Shown here: piece after piece, positions 25,701 through 38,199 of the stretch
How the letters are laid out: each line of letters starts with the position of its first letter
Position numbering within the stretch: position 1 is the first letter of the stretch
From: Azolla caroliniana
Taxonomy: Eukaryota; Plantae; Polypodiophyta
Length of the DNA: 64,000 nucleotides
Assembly (NCBI GenBank): GCA_043228905.1
Contig: JBHGNT010000001.1
Span: 31,806,001-31,870,000 of the forward strand
Direction: 5' to 3'
The notes under the pieces: model-generated
Seen by the model: only the letters and a program-made list of their open reading frames with translations
Databases searched by the model: none
Told to the model about the DNA's origin: nothing
Made by a program: the position numbers and the translations under genes

Positions 25701-28700
25701 CCATACTATTGTACAGTATACTGAACTGTCTTCAATTTCATCAAATGAGTGAAGCTAACCCTTAAAACAAATCTGTAAGCAACAGAGAAAAATTTGCAGC
25801 CACTCCTGAAATTGCAAAACAGAGAAAGCAAAGATAGAAAGAATGAATGAAAAAAAAAAACATTTCGATCAGGCCAAAAGAGACCCAAAAGCAAAAATTG
25901 AACATTCTAAGCTTAAATGGACTCCAAAAATATCTCCAACAGGTGGAAAGGCTTCAAAAGCGAGGGAAGTACCTTCGGCATCAGGTGATAATGGCCTTTA
26001 TTTGTCGATGACACAGGGTAATGATCTAGATTAATGTGGCCTACATGCACGACAAAATGTTAATTGCTCAATCTATTGTAACCCCTTTCGAATGCTGTGG
26101 TCACGATTCCACTTGTGTAACCCTTGATGGTGTACAGCATGAGTAGCAAAAAACGTTCAAACAAAAGCTTTGATCTGGCTAAGAAGAAGGTAAACATAAA
26201 AACCCCCCAATATATATGCATTATTGCATGAGTATGTGTGTGTGTGTGTATTATGAAGAGAGATAATTGATAGTAATTACTGGCAACCAATGTTTTACCC
26301 GACTAAGAAACAATGAAACATGATCACACACATGCACACATATGTATGCATGTCTGTGCATGTGAGTGTGTGTATGTGTGTCACCAAATGTGTTATTTTT
26401 GTACTTTTATGACATTATTCACTAATAGACTATTTTTATTTTTATTATTTTTTGCCCAACTTTTACTGTCTCGGTTTCTTCATTAAAAATTCTCTGGCAG
26501 TGAAATTGTATCCAGATTAGTAAGTTCTAGCATAGTATGAGTATCATGTACGTGTAAATAAGAAATTTGAGTTATCAATAGTCCTGATTTGTACATGTCT
26601 AAGGGTGAATCAGTAGTATCACAACCATGATTAGACAACACTGCTAGCTTAGCAACCCCATCACTACCACAAAATTTATGTGCCATTAGTATGACTAACG
26701 AAGTGTTGTCACCATCCCTAAAGCTGAAACTGACAAAAAAGTGTCTAGTATGAAAAGGAAAACAATTCTATAGATAACAAGAAGATGGGAGGTCAGAAAG
26801 CAAGGAAAACAGTTAGAATGTCTTTGCAAACTACATCACTATATCTTTCCAACTTTATTGCTATAGCCTATTTGCAAGCCTCAAAAGCATCTTCCATCAA
26901 AAAGAGACTTATAACCTTGGACGTGAGAGCATCCAGTGCTGGATATGCATCTGTCTCCAACTCAGTTGTCCGCGCATCTAAGAAACTACAAATAGCTTCA
27001 AGTGCAACCTCCAAAGCCCGAAATTCAAATGGAGGTTCTGCAAAACCAATATTAGTTAAGGCAAAACTCCCATTCAATATTGTACTCATACTCCCAAAAA
27101 TAAGCATGTTATATTGTATCAATGATAGACCAGTCTTCGAATTTATCCTCAGAACTTACCTTCTTCAATGTCCTGAATCACTGGCAACCTTGACCTAGAG
27201 GGTACTCGTTTTGCTACTTCTGGAGGATTACCTTCAACCTTATTATTAATTGGCCCTACATCCCTTCTCATCGGTAGGCGACGACACAACTCCTCTACAA
27301 TTGGTATTACATTCTCATCAGTTGGATTTCGCAAAAACACCTGGTAAATAAGACAGTGTAGTCTCCCTAAATTGGACCATTCTTCCTCTTTCTGAATAGA
27401 TGTAGGTAGAATATGAATTTATACTTACCTCTTCTGCAGTAATTATTGCTTTAATATGCTGCATTCATCAGATTAGCGAAAATGTTCAGTTGCATTAATA
27501 ATTACTAATAACTAAGTGATGAAAGAAAATAAATGAGTTTATATACTCCAAGAGACACTTGGTATGAATTAGTTCAAGAGGATAGTTTTAAAACAAAGAA
27601 TTTGTTAATGATAATACAATTCTCAAAAGCATCAGTTCATATAGCTATTTAATTATCCTAATACCACAAGAATCAAATTTGGATGAACATATCCAAGCCC
27701 ACAGTGTCAAGTATGATTAGAAAACTTAGTCCGGATAAAGGCCAGAATAAAGCTTTATCACGACCATGTAAGCACACACTTGGTTTGGCAAACTTGATTA
27801 TCTTTGGGTTGATCCTAGCTTGTTAGGTTGACGTTCAAAGACCTTGGACATCAATTGTTGGGGGGGTTCAACCTGAACCATATCTTCCCTAAAATTAGAG
27901 GGTTCAACAAATAAACCATTGGTGAGAAATTGATGACATCTTTTCAAATGGCCTTGAATATACTACATAATACCTTGCCTACTTTTAGTAAGGAATGATG
28001 TAGAGATTAGATTATGGAGCTCTTTATTTAACTACATTAATTGTGAAGCTTCTAATGAGGGAGCTTACATCAAGGATCCAACAAGATTGTTTCTCTAAAG
28101 CTTAGAAAGACCTCCTTTCTCTAATTTCTAGCCTAAAGTCCCCTGATTTTACTGATTCGTTGATAATATGCATCATTGTTGACCTTTCACTTTCTAAAGG
28201 ATTGGATAACCTATGAGTCATCCAGAATCCTTTATATAATCATGTTCTAGAGCTTTCCAGAAATTTCTAGATAACTGTGTAAAAATAAGATCATATGTTC
28301 CTTACATTACTCGATTCTTCGAAACTACTGCATCTTCTTCATTCATTTCAGACGTATTATAGAAATCTGTGATATTTCTAGCAAGATCATTCATGATCAT
28401 GAAAAGAAATTGTCAAATGACGTTTAGAAACTCAGACCTTTCCAGGAGCTTCTACAAAGTTGTATTCTTTAAGTTTCTATATTAGAAACTTCAAGATAAC
28501 TCCAATAACATTCTAAAAAAGATTACCATATCCATGAGAAGACTAGATCCTTACAAGTGAAAATCTCCCCTCTACTTAAAAACCAAATAAAGATTATGTA
28601 GAGCATGGGATACGGATAGAAACCCCACCTCCAAATTAAGGACAATAGCATGCTCTCGACCAAGGATAGTGGAGGGGTATGAAAGGAGAGGATCGAGAAT

Positions 28701-28868
28701 TCGAAGATCTCTGGCTGGGATTCCGACTCGGTGCATAATCACATATTTGTCCACGTCCAAGACCATTGATTCTCCCCTAGAGTTTAACACCATCCATTGC
28801 CGTGATACAGGGGCCTTTGTCTTCTTGGTAGAAACTTGCAGTTCAGATGGCACAATTGCCCTGGCCAT
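22796..28868 (-). CDS. MRS2: MRS2/MGT (CorA-family) magnesium transporter, 11 coding exons
   Basis: Exons 28868-28629, 27458-27429, 27340-27160, 27037-26916, 25660-25586, 25467-25243, 24857-24813, 24720-24676, 23223-23194, 23091-22972, 22882-22796, all GT-AG and in phase. Motifs: [75 protein letters not shown], and the GMN signature (GIFGMNIP) between two TM helices. Confidence 0.96.
27764..28090. repeat. Dispersed ~300-bp repeat, copy 2, in MRS2 intron 1
   Basis: Near-identical to 22189-22495 with a small insertion (ttgttggggggggttcaa). Confidence 0.85.
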
Positions 28869-31800
28869 CCTACAAACAAAGCTTTAAGCCCAAACATAAT
28901 CTGTAAAGGAAAGGTAAACATAAATGAATAAACAAACAACGCACACGACTCTATCTCCTTCAATATAACAAAAAAACACAAGGGATCTGATTTGTCTCAC
29001 GTAATTAGGATTAACACAGTAAAATATTGATTAATCTATAATAAAATCTAGACTTATCTAGGTTTAAGATGATAAGAGCCTGACTCATCTGGGCTTGAGA
29101 TGAGAAACGCTCGATTCATTGTCTTGATTCATATCATATAATTAGATTTAACATGACAAAGAAGAAAGAAAGCAGGACCTGATTAACAACATATAATAAG
29201 GGCTAATATCAGAAAAAGAAAAATGCAAAAAGACGTTTCCAAAGAAAGAAGTAAAAAACGAAGAATCTTACCTTTGATGACCCCCTTTGATGTATTGTGG
29301 GCGGTGTTTAAACGCACCGTTTCTGACGCTCTGATTACATCATTCTGCAGAAGATAGACAATGCTACGGTTTAGCAAAGGCGAAACCTCGTATCTAGCTA
29401 TGATTTCTTATTTCAATACAAGACAAAAACCCTAACAATAGCTCTGGCATTGACCTAAAAGCAGAGCTTACCTTTCTTTCAAATTGCACCAAGCAAACCC
29501 GCTCGATAACTGGAATAAGCCGAGATGAAAAGAAATGATGCAGAAAATGAGAGATCCACAAAGGATGAAAGATAGAAAAAAATTCCTGTCTGTTGTATAC
29601 CTAGCTATGAAAAACAAGATCTTTTTAGCTTTCCCAAAAAATACAGAAAATTAGAGTATGTACAGCTAGTAGCTATGTCAAGAAAGCATTTGTTTTAGGG
29701 TTCTCCAAAAAAAAAGCACCGGAGTTAGGGCTTTAATTTCCAACCATCTGTGGAGATGCAGCTGTTTTAGGGGGTTTTCCAGAAAACCCAGGAATTAGAG
29801 TTTGTATAGCAAGCTATGGCGAGCAAGCTTTTCTCAAAAAGCACAAGAACTCGGGTTCGCAGGAGGGAAGGGGTATTAGTTTCAGGGAACGAAATAAAGA
29901 GAGTACAAAATCCGAATGTGGGTTATGTCATATGGCTATGGAAAAATGAAGGTTTTTCTTTTCTTTTGAAGAGGTTGGGCTTGTTTTTTGTTTGTTCTAA
30001 ACAGAGGAAGGAATTAAGGAGGAATTAAACAGGGGAAGGAATTCAGCACCATCTCTGCATGTCTATTCAGGGAAAGAAAGAAAGAAAGAAAAACAGAGGA
30101 GACTTGAACCAATTAATTCTCTTAGATTGATATATACAAATTACAATACATATGTAGTGTAAATATAGCTTTATAAGAATACCACTACATACATATACAT
30201 ACTATACTGTATACATGTGTTTTGTGTGTATGTGTGTGTGTGTATGTTTATGTAGTCTTTTTCTACTCATCCTCACGATCGGCTTAGAGATACTGGGGAT
30301 GCATGTCGGCCATGAGATTTCCGGCAATTTTTCCATGGACTTCTTTTGCGTGTAGTCTCCCTTTCTTACCGTGACCTCTAGTCCGCTTGTTCATATACGG
30401 CCCCCCTCAAAAGATCGCCTTCCCGAAACATTATATACATATGTGCATATATAACCATTGATGTTCATTGTTGTGTCCTATTTCCTTCCTCCACCATGCC
30501 TATTCCACTCACCATCCCATGAATGGACTTTAACTAGCTACTTTTTTCCTCGGGATGGTGAAGAAGAATTACCCAATTAGGTTCATCTACATTGTCATCT
30601 CCTTGCGAAAACTTGTGATTATTCAACACTTTGGCATGCAAAATGGATGGTGGCGACAGAATAGGGGCTATTGACCCCAATGGAGGTTTCCATTCTCTTA
30701 GGTTTTCTCTTCGCTAATCGAAGAAAAGATTTCTTCATTTGTGGGAAATTTACAAATCAGGGATTGTTGAAACACACCTTCAAGACACGTGTACTTGATT
30801 CACAGTATACATATTTAACTACTCATAAATATAGAGTAATCTGCTACTTGTGATATGTTATTAGATGTCGTGGATCAAGAGTGATTGCTAATCTAGTAAC
30901 CGGAAATGCTAATTATGGGTAGGGATTAGTAGTATCATATTACAGTTTATGGTTACAAATAAGACTCGACCATCCATTTCCTCACATGTTAATATTCTCT
31001 TAAATATTCATGAACATTTATCATGCTTGTGTCAATTGTCCTTGCCTTGCCTTTTCTCTTTGCATTATTGCCATCCCTTAATTATAAATCATAAGGGATT
31101 TTATTCTTGAAATTATGCCATGACGTGCCAAACCCAACTTATTGTTTCTTCCTCAGACTTGATCTTGATCACAAACTCAACCCAACCCTATACCCGAACA
31201 AACATTTTATGTTTTCTTTATCCTCAACAATTGATTTATGCCAGCGGAGCATCCCTCAATGTCGTATGGGTCCACATATGCTCGAAAGGTCATAAATAGT
31301 AAACTCAAGGTGGAATTGTAAAAGTTACAATAATATTCCTTTGAAACTATTAAGGTGATTGTCTATGCTATAAAGTGGTGTGTAGGTCTCCATTGTCTCG
31401 ACTCTCATTCATATACTTAAACTATTAACATAAAATACCTTTATAGAAGAGGAGAAGATCATAGAGGTCATACCAAAGGTTGAGAATGTCACATTTGTCA
31501 TTTAAAGTGCTCAAGAGAGGTTTGAAACAACACGTGGACATTGTTTATAGTAATCAAATACAACATATTATAAAGCAATGTTGGCTTAAAAGGATATCTT
31601 CCCTTTGAAACTAGAATCAAATACAAGAAGCCCACCTGAAGATGAGTGTTCTCTTCTTTGTACACAGAAGTCTCTAATGTAATGACTTGAGTTAAGCTCA
31701 CAATTGGACTAGTCATTTATAACCACGATAAGTGTCAAGTGGATGATCAATGTTGTATGCAATGAGGCATCATAACAAACCAATAGGTTTTAACTTCTCT

Positions 31801-32723
31801 CCGAAATGATGCAAAACTTGGTCAAATTGATCATGCAATGCAACCTACTTTTGGTTGTCAGTTAAAATCAACCTCAAAATTTATCTAGAAGTTTTGAAAA
31901 AAATCAAATCTTCAATTACGTGTCCGTAGGCACAACCAAATGAAAGGACAACAAAATATTACAAATTGAAGTGTCGTACTATATGTATAAAGTAGAAATA
32001 CTTGGGAGATATACTTCCCAATAATAAAAAATGTGCATTGAATATATGTTATCAAGTGACAAGAACGGGAGTCTACAATTGTTGTCCCGATGCATAGTTC
32101 TCAAGGTTTATGTGATCATGAAAGAACATGAAATGGAATTACAAGATCTTTAGGGTGAGAAAATTTGGTGGAGGTAGTTATAAATAGTGAAAACATAACT
32201 AGATAATAGATCGTTGAACAACTATACCAAAATGGGACGATACAAGTTGGAGGATAACACTTCAGTAGAGATCGTCTTCTGTGCATCATGATTATGAGGC
32301 AGAGGCAGTCTCTACATGTCAACGCAAAAATGCAATACATCTTGTACTACTTGGTTTGAAATGATGACTACCTTTCTAAAAATATCAGCCACACACTCCT
32401 ATATCCAAAGAATTTTCATTCGTATTTTAAATCATCTTAATCAAGCATTCTTTTATTTTACTTTCAATTCCTCATATGTTTTATTACTACAAATGTTATT
32501 GCATTGCACAAAATTTCAATCATCAAACGTAAAGCAAGTTCAATGTATTTGCACTTAAGTTAATGAAACACCCTTCCAAAGAACTGTAGAACGACCCATT
32601 GCGAACATCCCAATATGAGCATTAACTGACACGATGCCATAGTCACGCCTTTTATCGCAAACATGTGAAACTTGCTAACTTGATTGAACACACATTCACA
32701 GTCTTGCAACTCCACAATTTTGG

Positions 32724-32868
32724 TTTTCAAATATGTGATGAAACCACAAAACGAGCATGCATGCAATGTGCATAGTTTGAAGTTCTACGTTTAATATGTT
32801 TCTCAAATATGTGATGTGACCGCAAAACGAAACCACACATGCAAAGTGCATTGTTTGAAGCTTTACAT
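32724..32868. repeat. Diverged ~77-bp tandem duplication
   Basis: tcaaatatgtgatg...cc(a/g)caaaacga...catgcaa(t/a)gtgcat(a/t)gtttgaag twice. Confidence 0.7.
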
Positions 32869-34052
32869 GTAATATCTTGTATGCACTTATCATTCCAATA
32901 ATATCAATACATGCCCTTGGTCAAAAATTAGTTTGATTTGAGCTTTAATTTTCTAGTCCAACTTCACCCCTTGATGAAGTAGTAAAACTATCCCCTGATT
33001 GTACATATAAAATTTTCAATGACATGTTGTTGGTCTATGAAGGTTAATAATCATATCAACATTGCACCATACCATAAAGAAATGAGGTTTAACAAAGATT
33101 CGAGACTCCTTCAAATCCATGTGATTCCCTATCTTCAAATAATGTAAGAAAGCCCATCAAGTTTATAATGGAAAATTTCATTTGAGAACAGGGAAAGAAA
33201 TCAAGCATTCTCCTTTGAGTAAATATGATAGACTTATCAAAGAAACTCATTCATTAAGGTTTCATATTTTACACAAGGAAGCCAATGACGACATTGCAAG
33301 CAGCCTCACAATATGTAATGCATGAGCAATTTGTAATTTCTCACAAATAATCGTCTAAGCACACAATTGAACGGTTGACGTAACAAATCATGTACTTTTA
33401 TATACTACCAAAACTTAACTGAAAATTGTTGTCTCATTGCATCTAGATCTAGCAAATCTACCAATTATGGGACTGCGCTTTGCATCATGAACAAATCTTA
33501 TCACTCAATCCATTGGGACAACTAGAATATTGTCGATAAAATGTCACCATCTATTTGTCAAATTCTTATTAAGTAGAGCACACCATGATGTTGTTGTTTG
33601 TCTTCATTTGATGAGTAGAACCTTTGCATCCCACCAACCAAACAAATTAGTGTAATCTTCATAGACTCACACAAAGCCTGTTTATGTTACGGGTTGAGTA
33701 TGGTACTCGAATGTGAGGTAGTCCAAGAGATATGGAGAGTATACTCTAACCAGACGTATATCGTATGTATCTCTACCAATGAAAATAATTTCGGAAAATA
33801 AGCGAATGTACTTATTGAAATTCCCATACATAACCTTATAAATTTCATCTCTTTACAGAGATTCGTGTCAACGGGTCTACGGGGCTTTGTTCATAGATGT
33901 GACAGGTTGAGGCAAACATGACCAAGGCCATGGGTAATCCTTATTGGGTTTCTTCAAGCCACGGTGATATGAAGAACAGAGGAAATCAGTAAAGTAATTT
34001 TTTTTTGGTTATGAGTAATCCTTCAAAGAGAAGAGCAATGGAGGCATGAATC

Positions 34053-36854
34053 ATGTTGAACGAGGTAAGTAAAGAAGATGTAGCTTTTGTAGCTTTACTC
34101 AAGGCTTGTGCGAAGAAGAAAGATATTTGCAAAGGCATTGAAATACATGATGAACTTCTCAAAAGAGGGTTACTCCATAAAAGCCTTTACATATCAAGTA
34201 GTCTAATCAATATGTATGCAAAATGTGGCTTTCTTGAAAAAGCTCGAAAAGTGATCGAAAACTTACCGTTTCGGAATGTTGTTACTTGGAATGCACTAAT
34301 TTCAGGCTATTCCCAAGAAGAGCAAAAAAGCCAAGAAGCTCTAAATTGTTTTAAATGTATGCTAATTGAAGGTGCGTTTCCAAATTCGGTAACTTTCATA
34401 TGTGTATTGAAAGCGTGTGGAAACATCGGGGCTATAGATGAAGGTGAACATATACATGAAGAGATCACAAGACGAGGATTGTTGGAAAAAGATGGTATGG
34501 TGCTCGGGGTGTCGTTGGTGAATATGTATGCCAAATGCGGTGTGCTTGGAAAAGCAAAAGAAGCTTTAGAAGAGCTCCCCACCCGAACCTTAGCATCATG
34601 GAATGCACTTATTTCAGGATATGCCCAACAAGGACAAGGCCATAAAGCGTTGGCATGTTTTGAGAGAATGCAAAGTGAAGACGAAGGGATCATTCCGGAT
34701 GTAGTTACTTTTATTTCTATATTGAAGGCTTGTGGTAACACGGGGGATATACAGAAGGGTATACATATGCATGATGAGATTGTTGGTCAAGGGTTGCTAG
34801 AGAAAAATGTGAGGCTCGGCTCAGCCTTGGTTGATATGTATGCTAAATGTGGTATGCTTGCAAAATCACAACAAGTGCTTGAAGAGCTTCCTATTCGAAA
34901 TGAAGTCTCTTGGTCTTCGCTAATTGCAGGATATGCCCAACAATGCCGAGGCTACGACGCATTGAAATGCTTTGAAAGGATGAGATATGAGGGTTATCTT
35001 GTCGATGCAATCACCTTCATTTGCATCTTGAAAGCTTGTGGTACCATAGGAGCTATTGATGAGGGCAAAGAGATTCATAATGAGACTGTGAGTAGAGGCT
35101 TGATTAATATGAATATCATCCTCGGCACAGCTTTAGTAGATATGTATGCTAGATGTGGTCTCTTTACTGAAGCACAATATGTTCTTGATGTGCTTCCTAT
35201 TCGAAATGAAGTGTCGTGGTCAGCACTAATTGAAGGCTATACACACCATGGGAAAGATCACGAAGCACTGAGTTGTTTAGAACAGATGCGAGCTGAGGGA
35301 ATTTCTCCTAATACAATAACATTCATTTCCATCCTGAAAGCATGTGGCAACACTGGAGCAATAAATGAAGGCATCAAGATTCATGATGAGATCGAGACAA
35401 GGGGGGACCTATTAGAGAAGGATATTGTGCTTGGCACTGCGCTTGTGGATATGTATGTGAAATGTGCGATGCTTGCAAAGGCAAAACTTGTGCTGCAAGG
35501 GCTCCCTATTCGAAATGTTTTCTGTTGGAATGCACTAATCACAGGGTGCACTGAACATGGACATGGACATGAAGCACTGAAATCTTTTGAGCGGATGCAA
35601 AGTGAAGGGTTCTTTCCGGATGTGGTCACATTTCTTTCTATTATGAAGGCATGTGGTAGAATTGGAGCTCTAGACAAGGGCAAACACTTTCACCATGTGA
35701 TTTTGAGTAGAGGATTTCTTGGGAAGGATGTGATGCTTTGTAATGCCCTGGTTGACATGTATGCTAAATGTGGTATGCTTGCACAAGCACAAAAAGTGTT
35801 GGAAGAGTGTCCAATTAGAGATGTTGTCACTTGGAATACACTAATTCAAGGGTATGCTGAGCATGGGCAATGTCATAAAGTATTAAATTGTTTTGAAAGG
35901 ATGCAAAGCGAGGGTCTGTCTCCTAATACAATTACTTTGATTTACATCTTGAAGGCTTGCGGAAATGCAGAAGTTATTGACAAGGGAAAAGAAATTCACG
36001 GTGAGATTGTGGATATGGCTCTTGTGGATAATGATGTGATGGTATTTGGCAATGCTTCGATGGACATGTATGCCAAATGTGGTATGTTTGGAACAGCCAA
36101 GGAAGTGCTGGAAAAGTTTGTTTTCCAAGATGTGATAGCTTGGAATGCACTCATTACAACATATGTCCAGCATGGACAAGGCCACAAAGCACTTGATTCA
36201 TTTGAACAAATGCAAAGCATGGACATTTCTCCAGATATGGTTACTTTTATCTGTATCTTGAAGGCATGTGGGAGTACTGGGGCCATAGACAAGGGGAAAC
36301 AAATTCATCATGATATTTCCAGTAAGGGTTTTTTGGAGAAAGATATTATGCTTGGCACTGCGCTGGTTGATATGTATGTGAAATGTGGATGTCTTGTAAA
36401 AGCACAAGAAGTGCTTGAAGAGCTTCCAGTACGAAATGTGGTAACATGGAATGCATTAATTGCAGGGTATGCCCAACAAGAACAATTAGGTATCAGTGCA
36501 ACACTTACCAATATTGAACATATGAAAATTGAGGGGCTTGTTCCAAATGAAGTCACATTCGTATGCGTTTTAAATGCATGTGGTCGTTGGGGGAAGTTGT
36601 GCGAGGCCGAAAGGCTTTTTGAGAACATGATCAGAAAATATGGCATTTCTCCAAACATAGAGCATTATACTTCCATGGTGCAAACTTTTGGAAATGCTGG
36701 TCTCTTCGATAAGGCAGTATCAATTATAAAGATGATGCCATTTTCATATTACCCTACAATTGGTCTTGCACTATTGCATGCTTGTAGTAAATGGGGGAAT
36801 TTGGAGGTTGGGAAATTGAGTTTCAATCAAGCAATACCATTGGATTATAGTTGA
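34053..36854 (+). CDS. PLS-class pentatricopeptide repeat protein (RNA-editing factor family), intronless, E domain truncated, no DYW
   Basis: 933-aa ORF with eight ~102-aa L-S-P triplets (TFICILKACG..GAID.GK.IH / LGTALVDMYAKCG / RNVV.WNALI.GY). These are followed by P2-L2-S2 (KYGISPNIEHYTSMV) and a partial E motif (ALLHACSKWGNLEVGKLSFNQAI) before the stop. Confidence 0.95.
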   Translation: MLNEVSKEDVAFVALLKACAKKKDICKGIEIHDELLKRGLLHKSLYISSSLINMYAKCGFLEKARKVIENLPFRNVVTWNALISGYSQEEQKSQEALNCFKCMLIEGAFPNSVTFICVLKACGNIGAIDEGEHIHEEITRRGLLEKDGMVLGVSLVNMYAKCGVLGKAKEALEELPTRTLASWNALISGYAQQGQGHKALACFERMQSEDEGIIPDVVTFISILKACGNTGDIQKGIHMHDEIVGQGLLEKNVRLGSALVDMYAKCGMLAKSQQVLEELPIRNEVSWSSLIAGYAQQCRGYDALKCFERMRYEGYLVDAITFICILKACGTIGAIDEGKEIHNETVSRGLINMNIILGTALVDMYARCGLFTEAQYVLDVLPIRNEVSWSALIEGYTHHGKDHEALSCLEQMRAEGISPNTITFISILKACGNTGAINEGIKIHDEIETRGDLLEKDIVLGTALVDMYVKCAMLAKAKLVLQGLPIRNVFCWNALITGCTEHGHGHEALKSFERMQSEGFFPDVVTFLSIMKACGRIGALDKGKHFHHVILSRGFLGKDVMLCNALVDMYAKCGMLAQAQKVLEECPIRDVVTWNTLIQGYAEHGQCHKVLNCFERMQSEGLSPNTITLIYILKACGNAEVIDKGKEIHGEIVDMALVDNDVMVFGNASMDMYAKCGMFGTAKEVLEKFVFQDVIAWNALITTYVQHGQGHKALDSFEQMQSMDISPDMVTFICILKACGSTGAIDKGKQIHHDISSKGFLEKDIMLGTALVDMYVKCGCLVKAQEVLEELPVRNVVTWNALIAGYAQQEQLGISATLTNIEHMKIEGLVPNEVTFVCVLNACGRWGKLCEAERLFENMIRKYGISPNIEHYTSMVQTFGNAGLFDKAVSIIKMMPFSYYPTIGLALLHACSKWGNLEVGKLSFNQAIPLDYS

Positions 36855-37461
36855 ATGTAAGAATATATATGTTTATTGGTGATTGCCATAGAATCCTTGA
36901 ATGATGTCTAGGGATCCTTTGCATCTTCTCTGCTTGTTTGAAGGTTCTATTATCCACAACAATTTGTGCAGTTTTCTATAAATCAATCCTGCAATGTAAT
37001 GTTCGAGGAGTGTCGACCATAAGGCGTTGAACAAGTGCTAGAAGGGATTGGAGATTCAAGGTAACAAAAAAACACATGACTAAAGTGGTACATAACAAAG
37101 TATGCAAAACCAAAAAAGAATTTATGGTGTAATTTTGCATTGTGAGAGTGGAAAGGTCAAGAAAATGTGCAACACATGCTTCGATCAAAATAACATGCTT
37201 TGATCGTACGGCACCATGTGTGTATATATATGTACATATTGGTGATACAATGTGCATCAGTCAACTAATGGGATCTAACATGGCCCCCTTTTGCATTATT
37301 GTCCTCCATGGTAAGGTTGTTGCCAGTGCATGCTTGGTGTCACCCGATGATGTAGTGTATCCTACATAAAACTTGGATGTTCTAATCTATTGGATGTTAT
37401 CTTTGATTGGCTTGTATACCAATATAAATATGATTGCCCCCATGTAAATAAATGCTTACTC

Positions 37462-37647
37462 GAAGCAGCAACTAACTTGTTGCAAAAGCTTCTTGATGAG
37501 CCTTCTTTATCATCATGGATGGTTATTTTAAGTGCTTGCCGACTTCATGGGAATGTTGATGTGGCAAAAGAAGCAATTGAATTTATCATCAAGTTGGAGC
37601 CAAAAAACGAAACTGCGTATGTTGTTATCAAGCATATGTACTGTTGA
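37462..37647 (+). pseudogene. Orphan fragment of a PPR S2/E domain
   Basis: EAATNLLQKLLDEPSLSSWMVILSACRLHGNVDVAKEAIEFIIKLEPKNETAYVVIKHMY matches the E-domain consensus (W.ALL.ACR.HGN...A.......LEP....YV.L.N.Y). No PPR array lies upstream in frame. Confidence 0.85.
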
Positions 37648-38099
37648 AGAAGGAAAAAATAAGAAAAAGCAATGACCTTGATCTGGTTCAATGCTTCATG
37701 TATATAGGGACTCCTTTCTGGCTTTTTTTTGGAGGTTGGACTATTCATCTTGCTGATTTGGAGAATGGTATGGCTTCATTGTACTTTCTTTGCCTATAAA
37801 GATTGGCTCGGTTTTTTTGTTACTTATCTTTACCTAGAAAGATTGGCTAGGGTCGTTCGGCATGGCTTTACAATATTCATAGTAATATTAGACTATTTTG
37901 TATATTGCCTCTGGCCACTTTAATTTTAATACCAATGGAGGATATCTTTTAGGAAAAAATAAATAAATGCTTACTCGAAAGGCCTTTCATTATTCTAGAG
38001 AGATGGTAGCAAGTAATCTTTCTTTTTACATGGATTTTCAATTAAAAAACCACAAAAACATTCAATACAAACAATATATTGAATAATAAAATCCAAGTC

Positions 38100-38199
38100 N
38101 NNNNNNNNNNNNNNNNNNNNNNNNNNNNNNNNNNNNNNNNNNNNNNNNNNNNNNNNNNNNNNNNNNNNNNNNNNNNNNNNNNNNNNNNNNNNNNNNNNN
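38100..38199. other. Assembly gap (100 N)
   Basis: Run of exactly 100 N, the usual placeholder for a gap of unknown size. Confidence 0.99.

Noticed and set aside
34307-36658. Several minus-strand ORFs inside the PPR gene
   Set aside because: Antisense shadows of the repetitive PPR coding sequence.
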